DNA of 32,953 nt, taken from a virus. Its lineage: Duplodnaviria; Caudoviricetes. Below, in pieces: positions 25,781-32,953 of this stretch (the first letter of the stretch is position 1; every line of letters starts with the position of its first letter). The stretch is taken from positions 1 to 32,953 of the IMG/VR virus record IMGVR_UViG_3300005077_000088, one strand, 5' to 3'. The notes under the pieces are model-generated. The model was not told the origin of the DNA, made no database searches, and saw only the letters and a list, made by a program, of their open reading frames with translations. The position numbers were made by a program, and so were the translations under genes.

Positions 25781-25899
25781 CACAGAGATACTCAGAGTAT
25801 CACAGAGATGCACTGAGAAAAAGAATCTGATTTTAAAAGAAATTTGTTCTTTTCTTTTATCTTTTATCTTTTATCTTCTTTCTCTGTGCAACTCTGTGA
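25781..25899. repeat. CACAGAG ~10-mer repeats and inverted CTCTGTG copies enclosing TCTTTTA heptamers
   Basis: CACAGAGATA CTCAGAGTAT CACAGAGATG CACTGAGA ... TCTTTTA x3 ... CTCTGTGCAACTCTGTG; related run at 26500-26527. Confidence 0.7.
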
Positions 25900-25910
25900 A
25901 ATTCTCCTTC

Positions 25911-26465
25911 TTAAGCCGCCGCCTGCCCGCCTCTGGCGCTGGCTTGCTCGCTGGCTACTTTGGCCTCATAGCCGAACGTTTCGTCCTGCACAACCTCGCA
26001 GCCCAGTTTCGCCAGGTCTTCGTTGTCTGTTTGCGCCTGCTGATAATCGATAATGATCTGTTCCTTATTCACATCCTCTTTGGTACGGATCCAGATATTC
26101 GCAAACGCCGTGCGTTTGATCATATCGAGCACCGCCTGCCATGTCCAGCCCTTTAATGTTTTAAGTTTGGGTGTGCCCGTGCGGAATCCTACTGTGCCGT
26201 TGGAAAACTCCAGGGTTTTTTTCTTTCCGAAATCGTCGCGGTGTTCTTCGCAGAACAGCTTCATTTCCTCTTCCAGGTTAGCAATGCGGTCGCGATGCGG
26301 ATTGCATAACTCGTCCAGGGCTCTGCGCCGGATCGCTTCCTCTTCGTTGTATTTGCCTGTGGCCGCCTCAATCGCGCTTTTGCGTTCGGCGATTTCCCGC
26401 AGCGTTTCATTCACATCGTCCCAGCTCGTAAGCTTAGACGCAACAATTACTTTTGTTCGTGCCAT
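25911..26465 (-). CDS. gam: Mu Gam-like host-nuclease inhibitor
   Basis: SWDDVNETLREI..., KKKTLEFSNGTVGFRTGTPKL, IRTKEDVNKE, G.EVVQDETF. Confidence 0.9.
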   Translation of the reverse strand: MARTKVIVASKLTSWDDVNETLREIAERKSAIEAATGKYNEEEAIRRRALDELCNPHRDRIANLEEEMKLFCEEHRDDFGKKKTLEFSNGTVGFRTGTPKLKTLKGWTWQAVLDMIKRTAFANIWIRTKEDVNKEQIIIDYQQAQTDNEDLAKLGCEVVQDETFGYEAKVASEQASARGGQAAA

Positions 26466-26534
26466 GTCTGTTCTCCTATCATGTTATTACATAACGTGCC
26501 ACAGAGAATCACAGGGATTCACCGGGGCTTTTTT

Positions 26535-26840
26535 TCATTTTTCATTTCCATCATTCACCGCTTCAAGAAATATGGATCGGCTTAGCGCCAGTTTGCGGTC
26601 AATAAAAGGAATAAACTTATCCCGGGCGCTAAAATTATAGCAGTCACCGTGCTCAAAATATTCTCCGGTTTCACCTGGCTTAATCACAACATCCACCGGC
26701 CAGCCTTTTCTTAGCAGGGGAAAAGATTTTAAGGCCCGCACTTTTCGGGGAATCTGCTTGTACCCCTGTTCCGTAAGGATAACTAGAGTATCCGTTTTCT
26801 CTTCCATTGCATCCACCGCTTTAATAAGGATAACTCGCAA
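26535..26840 (-). CDS. Hypothetical protein (101 aa)
   Basis: ORF in the early operon. Confidence 0.55.
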   Translation of the reverse strand: MRVILIKAVDAMEEKTDTLVILTEQGYKQIPRKVRALKSFPLLRKGWPVDVVIKPGETGEYFEHGDCYNFSARDKFIPFIDRKLALSRSIFLEAVNDGNEK

Positions 26841-27018
26841 TAATCTCGATATTGAGAATCCGGTGCTTCAGGCATTCCGGTTGAACATTCAGCACTTCCT
26901 TGGTCTCATCATCCGCCACAACCATTTTCCCGGATCCCGCGAAAAGCACCTTCATAATTCTGCCCTCATAACGGCAGAACTTACCCCGCTTAATTTCCAC
27001 GCCATTCTTATCTATCAT
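26821..27018 (-). CDS. Hypothetical protein (65 aa)
   Basis: DKNGVEIKRG start; GAGGGGG RBS. Confidence 0.6.
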   Translation of the reverse strand: MIDKNGVEIKRGKFCRYEGRIMKVLFAGSGKMVVADDETKEVLNVQPECLKHRILNIEIIASYPY

Positions 27019-27060
27019 TTTACCCCCCTCTCTTCATTTTTTTATTTTGTATTTTTTATT

Positions 27061-27477
27061 CTAGTATCCCAATCCCCACTGCGCATTGGCATGGCAGCGT
27101 ATAACTCCGCCTGGTTGCCTCCCGGTTATCTCCTGCTCCCGGAGAGCGGCTTTGCATTTGCTGGCCAGATAACAGGCATTGCCATGGGCACATCGCGGAA
27201 GATCCCGATGTAACAAACCGCATGGCAGTTTTTCCCGCGTCCGGATATGGCTTTGCATCACAAATATCCGCCGCCCTGTGGTAAAAGTCTCCACCAGCTC
27301 CATGCCGCGTTCCCGGGCGATCTCTTCCACTTCCTGCAGGTTCAAGCTTATTTTCGCAAAATCACTCCAGGCCAGATAACCTTTTACATCCAGTGTTTGC
27401 CACATTTGCTGTATGCGCATAGCCAGCGGCTTATTTTGACTATATTTCTTCATTCCGCCTCCATCCTTCATTGTCAT
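27061..27477 (-). CDS. Hypothetical protein with Cys-rich C-terminus
   Basis: ORF in the early operon; likely start at MKKY after GGAGG. Confidence 0.6.
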   Translation of the reverse strand: MTMKDGGGMKKYSQNKPLAMRIQQMWQTLDVKGYLAWSDFAKISLNLQEVEEIARERGMELVETFTTGRRIFVMQSHIRTREKLPCGLLHRDLPRCAHGNACYLASKCKAALREQEITGRQPGGVIRCHANAQWGLGY

Positions 27478-27520
27478 CCCGAGTTTTCGAGGGATCCCCT
27501 GCTCAGGGAATCCCCCTGTT

Positions 27521-28402
27521 TTATACCAGCAGCATCTCCGCCGCCTTATCCACCAGCGATCGCGTTAACTGCGCGTTATTGATCTGTGTTAACCGCTTGG
27601 CCCGCCGTAAGAGCTTTACCAGAATGCGTGCAGAACCGCCGCAGGCCGTGCCAAACGATTTGCACATACCGTTGGCCCCGGGAAACACCCCCTCCACAAA
27701 CAGCTTTACATCCTCTTCCGTCAGCTTAAAAACCCTGGCCGCCATACCGATCCGCGAATACAGGTAAGCATAATCCCCGCGTTTTTTGGTCACCTGTTCC
27801 ACCAGGCGCGGTAAACCGATCAGCACAATGCCTACGCCGGTTTTGTCATTAATACGCCGCAGTAAATCAAGGGCCCGCGTCGGCAAATGCTCCGCTTCGT
27901 CCACAATAATCAGGCGTCCGCTGCCGTTTAGCTTATCCACAACATCCTCAAACATATCGTGCAGAATGCCTTCGCCATCGTGGCCGGTTTTACGGTGCAG
28001 CTCTTTAAACAACACCCGGGCGGAATATCCCAGGTCCGCCTCAATCAAAACAACATCGCTATTCTGCCTGGCGTATTCCTTTACTGCGGTTGTTTTACCG
28101 TTCCCGGCCTCACCGGTAATAAGTCCAATTTCACCGTCCAGGTGGCACATACGGCAAACTTCCAAAATGCGCCGCGCTGTATCCGTGTAAAGAAAATCGA
28201 TTTCCAGGCGCGTAATCGCCCGGCGTTCCCTTTCGCGCTGCAGAAAACCATCCACCGCCGCAGCTATCTTTTCGCTGCGGCCGCTGTAATCTCCAGCCAG
28301 CCATTGGCTTAAAGCCGCCGTGCTGATGCCCAGATTACGCGCCACCGCCGTCTGGCTATAGCCGCGTTCATTCATGAGTTGCTTTAAATCATTCTGAATC
28401 AT
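27521..28402 (-). CDS. MuB-like AAA+ transposition ATPase with N-terminal HTH
   Basis: HTH SQTAVARNLGISTAALSQW, Walker A GEAGNGKT, Walker B LIIVDEAE, YSRIG arginine finger. Confidence 0.93.
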   Translation of the reverse strand: MIQNDLKQLMNERGYSQTAVARNLGISTAALSQWLAGDYSGRSEKIAAAVDGFLQRERERRAITRLEIDFLYTDTARRILEVCRMCHLDGEIGLITGEAGNGKTTAVKEYARQNSDVVLIEADLGYSARVLFKELHRKTGHDGEGILHDMFEDVVDKLNGSGRLIIVDEAEHLPTRALDLLRRINDKTGVGIVLIGLPRLVEQVTKKRGDYAYLYSRIGMAARVFKLTEEDVKLFVEGVFPGANGMCKSFGTACGGSARILVKLLRRAKRLTQINNAQLTRSLVDKAAEMLLV

Positions 28403-28542
28403 CTCAAACCTCCATGCATTATTGTTATCCCGATCCCAGTCTCGAGCTTGTCGAGAGATCCCCTGTTTGTGGTGGAAGGAATATCCCCCTGTTTTACTTT
28501 GATCTTCAGCTTTGCCTTAAACCAGGCCTTTCCCAGAGCCAT
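28399..28542 (-). CDS. Possible 47-aa ORF, or frameshifted tail of 28571..28804
   Basis: Stop overlaps the MuB ATG; encodes the same PSTTNRGSLDKLETG peptide as the transposase. Confidence 0.3.
   Translation of the reverse strand: MALGKAWFKAKLKIKVKQGDIPSTTNRGSLDKLETGIGITIMHGGLR
28435..28479. repeat. 45-bp direct repeat, 44/45 identical to 29079-29123
   Basis: CCCAGTCTCGAGCTTGTCGAGAGA(T/C)CCCCTGTTTGTGGTGGAAGG. Confidence 0.9.
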
Positions 28543-28570
28543 CCACCACCGCCCAAGGTTGTCAACCGAT

Positions 28571-28804
28571 TCATGTCCGGATCAGGAAATATCGTTCATC
28601 CGGTGAATACAGCACTTCCACCCGCTGTTCTGGATTAATCTGCGCTTGTTCGGCAATATCCTTCGGAAGGCCGATAATTAATTGATGACCATTGTCGTTT
28701 AGCTTGACCCGGAAAGTGATGCCATGCTTTTTATGGCCTTCGCTTCGATGATTCCGGTTTATTTCAGTCAGATTTACAAACATATCACATTCCTTCCTTG
28801 TCAT
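28571..28804 (-). CDS. AbrB/MazE-like small DNA-binding protein
   Basis: QLIIGLPKDIAEQAQINPEQRVEV swapped-hairpin pattern; likely start at MFVN. Confidence 0.5.
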   Translation of the reverse strand: MTRKECDMFVNLTEINRNHRSEGHKKHGITFRVKLNDNGHQLIIGLPKDIAEQAQINPEQRVEVLYSPDERYFLIRT

Positions 28805-28841
28805 TTCGAGTCCCGCGCTTCGCGGGAGAGAAATCCCCTGT
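28800..28841. repeat. REP-like palindrome, family B; sister copy at 30735-30776
   Basis: GTCATTTCGA-TCCCG[hairpin]CGGGAGAGAAATCCCCTGT. Confidence 0.85.
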
Positions 28842-28919
28842 TTGTTTTTTATTTTGTATTTGCTTGCCCGCCTCAGGCGCTGGCTTGCCCGCCTATGGAG
28901 GGTTATTGTTTATTGTTAT

Positions 28920-31106
28920 TTACTCCCCCATCGCTTTTTTTTTAAGCCAGGCCTCCCGTTCGTACTCAAATAAAAAGATGGGATTATCACCAGATTCCAA
29001 TTGCTTTTTTTTCCGCTCCGCCATGCGCATTTCCGCGTCCCGTGCTAAAATGCTAAACACACTCTCTTCCTTCTCATCCCCAGTCTCGAGCTTGTCGAGA
29101 GACCCCCTGTTTGTGGTGGAAGGCATGTCCCCTTCTTCATTTTGTATTTTTTCTTTTGTCACCCTGAGTCCCGATTTATCGGGAAAGGGTCTTCCTATCC
29201 CCGCATTCAGAAGCGCCTTCGCCTGGCTAACCGTCTTCTTCTTCAATGACCGGTGCGCGGCAATCAGCCGCGAAAGCTGTTCCTGGTCGTCTTCAGACCC
29301 CAGTATCGAAGCCGCCGGATGCGTCATGCCCGCGCGTTTCGCGGCGCAGATCAGCTCGTCATCCTCATCATAAACCAATGCCGTATCCGGATCCCCGAAA
29401 TCCACCCGCAGGGTAACCGTTCCCGTCAAACCATACAGCGCCTCATCCCAGTACCATTCATTATTATAGCGCACGCCGTTGCGGCCTATGGAAGCTTTGC
29501 GCTGCGCCAGCATCAGGTAATTCAGTTCGTTCCGGCCAATCAGCCGCTGCTCAAAATCGTCCGCATGTTTTACCCGCTCCAGGCTCTCCGCAAAAATGTC
29601 CAGCGGAGCCCGGCCCTTGTAAAATCCGCCCTGGTATGGACGCTGAATATACTCCGCGATCCACTCTTTAATAAGGTTGGTAATAGTGAACAGGTCCGGC
29701 GCCGTGCCCGAGGTAAGACGTTCATGAGCGGTCTTGTGCAGTTTTTCATTGCGCATCATGCGCGCCGGTTTATGGCTTATATCGATGCCGGTGTAAGAAG
29801 GCAGGCGCCGCTCCAGCTCCGCGAAAGAGCCAAAAAAGCGTTCGATGGTTTTGGATTGGCCATGGTAGGGTTCCGCAAATACGGTTTTAATGCCCAGGCG
29901 CTCAAACAGCCCGCTAATGCCGCTGCCCTCCAGGCTGGAAGTAAAGTAAGTTGCGCCAAAAGCCTTGCCGTTATCAATGTAGACCGCCCGCGGCTTAAAA
30001 CCCATCGTTAAAATCGCCTTGCGCAGAGCCGAGGCAATCACCAGCACATTCTCTGTGGGCATAATATCAAATCCCGTCGGACATCCGCTCTTAAAATCGC
30101 AGAAGCCGATCAGCGTCATGCGCTTGGGCTTGCCCGTAAAAGGATCTATCGCCTCAAAATTAAGCGTATGCCCGTCCGCCACCAGAATATCGCCGCTCTC
30201 AATCTTGTCCCGGTCACGCTGAATATAAGGCATGGCCAAATCATTCAGCGCTTTCTCACCGTCGCGCATGGCGATATATAAATCGTGGTTCTCGCGGATC
30301 CAGGACTGGATGAACCGCCGGTAAGTAATCTCGCTCTGGCCGCAGGCGATGTTCTGCGCCCGCATCATCTGCTGCGCCCGCCTAATCGCCTCCTGCAAAG
30401 GCAGCCGGTTGGGTGAGAGCACCACCTTAAGCAGAATGTCCGCCTGCGCGGCCGATATACTGCTCATACGAGTGGGATGGTAGTTATCCCGCAGCGCGTC
30501 CGGATTGCGCTCCGCCTTCTCCCATAAAAGCCGCCAGCGTTCCGCCGTCTGGTAAGAAACCAGGCCCAGCCGCGCCAGCAGATCCGGAAAGGCCCGCCCG
30601 TTGTTATAATGTTCAAGAAAATGGTGTTTAGCCTCCACCTTGCCGCCCCAGTTCGTCTCCGAGGCCTGCGTGTACAGCCGCAAAAAATCATGCCTGGCCA
30701 GCGCCTTCTCCGTCGGCGCCGCGTCTGATACTTTGTCATTTCGATCCCGATTTTTATCGGGAGAGAAATCCCCTGTTCCGGCGCTATTCCAATACCTTAC
30801 CTGCGCTTCAATGGGCAAAGAATTTAGCAAAATCTCATAACGCTCCCCGCCATTGCCGCGAACCTTGCGCACCGTGTATTTCCCGGCCTTGCACCGCTCC
30901 TGAGCGGTTCTTTGCGGAATATTCAAAAGTTGCGCACCTTTTTTAACCTCAATCCACACCTCGCTTAAAGCTAACTGCTTATTTTTTAACCCGTTTGCTA
31001 AGGTGCGCAATTCTTGCGTACCTTGATCAAATTCTTGCGTACCTTGATCAAATTCTTGCGTACCTTTATCTGACAAGGTAGGCAATATATTTTCCAGTTC
31101 AGGCAT
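28920..31106 (-). CDS. MuA-like DDE transposase (~728 aa; start revised to ATG at 31106)
   Basis: N-terminal Mu DNA-binding-like region (GNGGERYEILLNSLP), DDE residues in VADGH, YIDNG and KTIERFF, Mu C-terminal domain; GAGGAG RBS before 31106. Confidence 0.95.
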   Translation of the reverse strand: MPELENILPTLSDKGTQEFDQGTQEFDQGTQELRTLANGLKNKQLALSEVWIEVKKGAQLLNIPQRTAQERCKAGKYTVRKVRGNGGERYEILLNSLPIEAQVRYWNSAGTGDFSPDKNRDRNDKVSDAAPTEKALARHDFLRLYTQASETNWGGKVEAKHHFLEHYNNGRAFPDLLARLGLVSYQTAERWRLLWEKAERNPDALRDNYHPTRMSSISAAQADILLKVVLSPNRLPLQEAIRRAQQMMRAQNIACGQSEITYRRFIQSWIRENHDLYIAMRDGEKALNDLAMPYIQRDRDKIESGDILVADGHTLNFEAIDPFTGKPKRMTLIGFCDFKSGCPTGFDIMPTENVLVIASALRKAILTMGFKPRAVYIDNGKAFGATYFTSSLEGSGISGLFERLGIKTVFAEPYHGQSKTIERFFGSFAELERRLPSYTGIDISHKPARMMRNEKLHKTAHERLTSGTAPDLFTITNLIKEWIAEYIQRPYQGGFYKGRAPLDIFAESLERVKHADDFEQRLIGRNELNYLMLAQRKASIGRNGVRYNNEWYWDEALYGLTGTVTLRVDFGDPDTALVYDEDDELICAAKRAGMTHPAASILGSEDDQEQLSRLIAAHRSLKKKTVSQAKALLNAGIGRPFPDKSGLRVTKEKIQNEEGDMPSTTNRGSLDKLETGDEKEESVFSILARDAEMRMAERKKKQLESGDNPIFLFEYEREAWLKKKAMGE
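31009..31070. repeat. ~3x 21-bp in-frame tandem repeat in the transposase N-terminus
   Basis: AATTCTTGCGTACCTTGATCA x2 plus a near copy, encoding DQGTQEF. Confidence 0.9.
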
Positions 31107-31611
31107 TCTGTGGCTCCTCAAGTCGATCGATCAGGCTGGTCTGTTTGTGGTCGGTTTCAGCCTTGCGCCGCATTTCCATAAAATGGGCGATATGGCCGTC
31201 AAGCTGCTGGTCAAATTCCGCCTTAAGCGTGCGGGTGGGTTCCTTTAAAAGAAGGGCAAAAGTTTTTAACAGCAGGGCATATTCCAGGTTAAAATCCGCG
31301 ATCTCAATTTCGCGCTCGGCCTTGCCCTGGCCCGTTCGCGGCTCGCGGCTAAAGTAACCGCCGCACAACCGGCATATCGTCTGGATAATGTAATCTTTCC
31401 TGCTGCATTTAATTAGCTGTACCAGGCGCTGCAGGTGCTTCAAAAAACCGTCGCCGCTTTCGCCTTCAATGGCCATACGGTAAACCAGGTTTGCGCTAAT
31501 GCCGAGCTGGTCCGCCAGGTCGTCCACCGTGTAATCATCGCAGTGGATCGTCTTGCGGATGCTTTCGATCAGGGAATAGGTATTTTCACGCCTCATAAAT
31601 GCCTCGCTCAA
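31099..31611 (-). CDS. Phage CII-like regulatory protein
   Basis: TVDDLADQLGISANLVYR HTH; IIQTICRLCGGYF motif of the P2/186-type CII family. Confidence 0.6.
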   Translation of the reverse strand: MSEAFMRRENTYSLIESIRKTIHCDDYTVDDLADQLGISANLVYRMAIEGESGDGFLKHLQRLVQLIKCSRKDYIIQTICRLCGGYFSREPRTGQGKAEREIEIADFNLEYALLLKTFALLLKEPTRTLKAEFDQQLDGHIAHFMEMRRKAETDHKQTSLIDRLEEPQNA

Positions 31612-31675
31612 AACAAATCATCATATTTTCATTGACATATATTGAACAGCAGCGTATTTTTACTTCAAAAGGGAA

Positions 31676-31849
31676 TCAGGCCGCTTTGTCCTTGGCCAGT
31701 TCCCTGGTCAACAGTTCATTGATAAGTTTGCGGTATTTGGGCGCCTTGCGCTTCCCGCGCAGAATCAGCGAAACATAGTTTTGCGAAATGCCCAGCTGTC
31801 GCGCAATCTCGGACGTATTTACCAGGCGTCGGTTAAAAGTGGGAGCCAT
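31676..31849 (-). CDS. Cro/Ner-like HTH regulator (57 aa; start revised to ATG at 31849)
   Basis: SEIARQLGISQNYVSLILRGKRK; divergent from the repressor. Confidence 0.85.
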   Translation of the reverse strand: MAPTFNRRLVNTSEIARQLGISQNYVSLILRGKRKAPKYRKLINELLTRELAKDKAA

Positions 31850-31894
31850 ATTTGAGTTCCTTTTTTTTGTGATCAATGATTTAATTTTAGAGCG

Positions 31895-31928
31895 AATATA
31901 AATAGGCTATTGGCAATATGCAATAGCC
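31895..31928 (-). promoter_or_regulatory. Early promoter overlapped by a palindromic operator
   Basis: Minus-strand TTGCAT-17 nt-TATATT; inverted repeat GGCTATTG-8-CAATAGCC (31905-31928). Confidence 0.6.
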
Positions 31929-31943
31929 AATGATTATTTTTTT

Positions 31944-32399
31944 ATGTCATTAGGAAAACGGCTAAAAAGTCTGATTGAAGAGAGGTTTAGAAATCTCGCT
32001 GATGCTTCATCTGCTTTGGGTATTGATGCGGGTTCGTTATCACGAATTATTAGAGATAGTCAAGACTTAAGTTCATCCAGGTTATTATTGATTGCTAAGT
32101 ATTTTGATGTTACTACAGATTGGCTGCTCACCAGCGTGGATCCGGTTCCGGATAAAAGCTATTCCATCTCGCAAAATCTCAGCCATGCCAGGCATATTAA
32201 CCAAAACAATGTCCTGGCTATGGGTAGCGCAAAGGTCGTTCAAAAAGGGCATGCCGCGCCGGATCAGGCGCCCTTATCCCTGGAACTTATCAAAATGTTC
32301 CAGGCATTATCGCCTGCTCAGCAGCAGCTCATATTAAATATGGTCAAAGAGCTTTATTCAGCCTTGCCCAGGTCCACGGCTATCCGGTCCTTCTCGTAA
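31944..32399 (+). CDS. XRE-family HTH immunity repressor
   Basis: LGKRLKSL...ASSALGIDAGSLSRI...FDVTTDWLLT; no S24 peptidase domain. Confidence 0.88.
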   Translation: MSLGKRLKSLIEERFRNLADASSALGIDAGSLSRIIRDSQDLSSSRLLLIAKYFDVTTDWLLTSVDPVPDKSYSISQNLSHARHINQNNVLAMGSAKVVQKGHAAPDQAPLSLELIKMFQALSPAQQQLILNMVKELYSALPRSTAIRSFS

Positions 32400-32559
32400 A
32401 TCTCACACTCAACCACCAGTTGCAGTCCGCCCATACAGCAATTATCGCAATGTCCGTCCATGTCCGTTCATCAGTTTTTGCAAAATCCGTTTCCGCAAAC
32501 CAATATATATATTTTACAGGTGCTTTAAAATGCCAAAATACGTTATTTATTCAATTCTT

Positions 32560-32727
32560 AAATATCTCAAACCAAGTGTCTACCTTGCAATTTTCGGCCA
32601 TTTTTCGCTTATCACTCGGTTTGAGATATTTGCCCGCCATATCCTTGCCAATCAAGGCTTTGTGGCTTTCTCTCAAACCATATGAAAATCTCAATCTCTT
32701 TGTCAAATTACAGTGGATTATCTCAAA
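32560..32727. repeat. Right-end TCTCAAA motif cluster, putative transposase-binding sites
   Basis: AAATATCTCAAACCAAGTG (32560-78) inverted with 32613-31 (18/19); further cores at 32671, 32689 and 32721. Confidence 0.7.
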
Positions 32728-32757
32728 AAAGAATTAAACGTGATCTTCGCGGAAAAG

Positions 32758-32953
32758 CTCAGCCATGCCAGGCATATTAACCAAAACAATGTCCTGGCGA
32801 TGGGTAGCGCAAAGGTCGTTCAAAAAGGGCATGCCGCGCCGGATCAGGCGCCCGTATCCCTGGAACTTATCAAAATGTTCCAGGCATTATCGCCTGCTCA
32901 GCAGCAGCTCATATTAAATATGGTCAAAGAGCTTTATTCAGCCTTGCCCAGGT
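32758..32953 (+). repeat. 196-bp direct duplication of 32178-32373 (3' part of the repressor gene)
   Basis: 194/196 identical (T>G at 32799 and 32854); runs to the window edge. Confidence 0.9.

Larger units (their letters stand above)
1..32740. mobile_element. Mu-like transposable (pro)phage, apparently near-complete
   Basis: DDE transposase, AAA ATPase, Gam, GemA, Mu-type portal, gp36 and gpG-like genes, head and tail genes; related ~20-bp motifs at both ends. Exact termini (TG...CA) not identified. Confidence 0.93.

Noticed and set aside
4634-30776. CRISPR array from the recurring palindromes
   Set aside because: Copies are dispersed and variable, without regular spacers or cas genes.
28798-30840. 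Plus-strand ORFs 28798..29373 and 29253..30011
   Set aside because: Antisense to the transposase, with no recognisable features.
32420-32737. 105-aa ORF after the repressor
   Set aside because: TTG start, no motifs, and it overlaps the end-motif cluster; probably non-coding att region.
32178-32953. DGR template/variable repeat pair (differences are A>C on the minus strand)
   Set aside because: Only two or three differences, no reverse transcriptase or Avd in the window, the target is a repressor, and the copy lies at the sequence edge.
1-32953. tRNA or rRNA genes; host taxonomy
   Set aside because: No cloverleaf or rRNA signatures noticed. TAnnTTTG-like elements and repeat style hint at an FCB-group host, but this is too weak to assert.

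Overview
The window holds an apparently complete or near-complete ~32.7 kb Mu-like transposable (pro)phage with a non-contractile-type tail. The right end carries an HTH repressor facing a leftward early operon: Cro/Ner-like HTH, CII-like regulator, MuA-type DDE transposase, MuB-type AAA ATPase, Gam, an HD phosphohydrolase, GemA and a MuF-like minor head protein. The structural genes form two divergent operons around 13880-14130. The rightward one encodes gp36/gp37-like proteins, terminase, portal and a gpG-like protein. The leftward one encodes scaffold, capsid, a fibre module, tail genes and, last of all, the tape measure. Related ~20-bp motifs at both window ends look like transposase-binding sites. 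The main points of interest are: (1) a MuF protein with a GNAT-like C-terminal domain coupled to a small Cys/His protein, a candidate toxin-immunity pair; (2) an AT-rich moron with a DNA methyltransferase and a soluble + 4-TM gene pair resembling RexAB/DUF4747 exclusion systems; (3) several families of REP-like palindromes and heptamer repeats, some in frame inside the transposase; (4) three tail-tube-like paralogues, one fused to a BNR propeller; (5) a predicted -1 frameshift in a tail chaperone far from the tape measure; (6) no recognisable endolysin, prohead protease or late activator. All family calls come from motif recognition by eye, not database searches.
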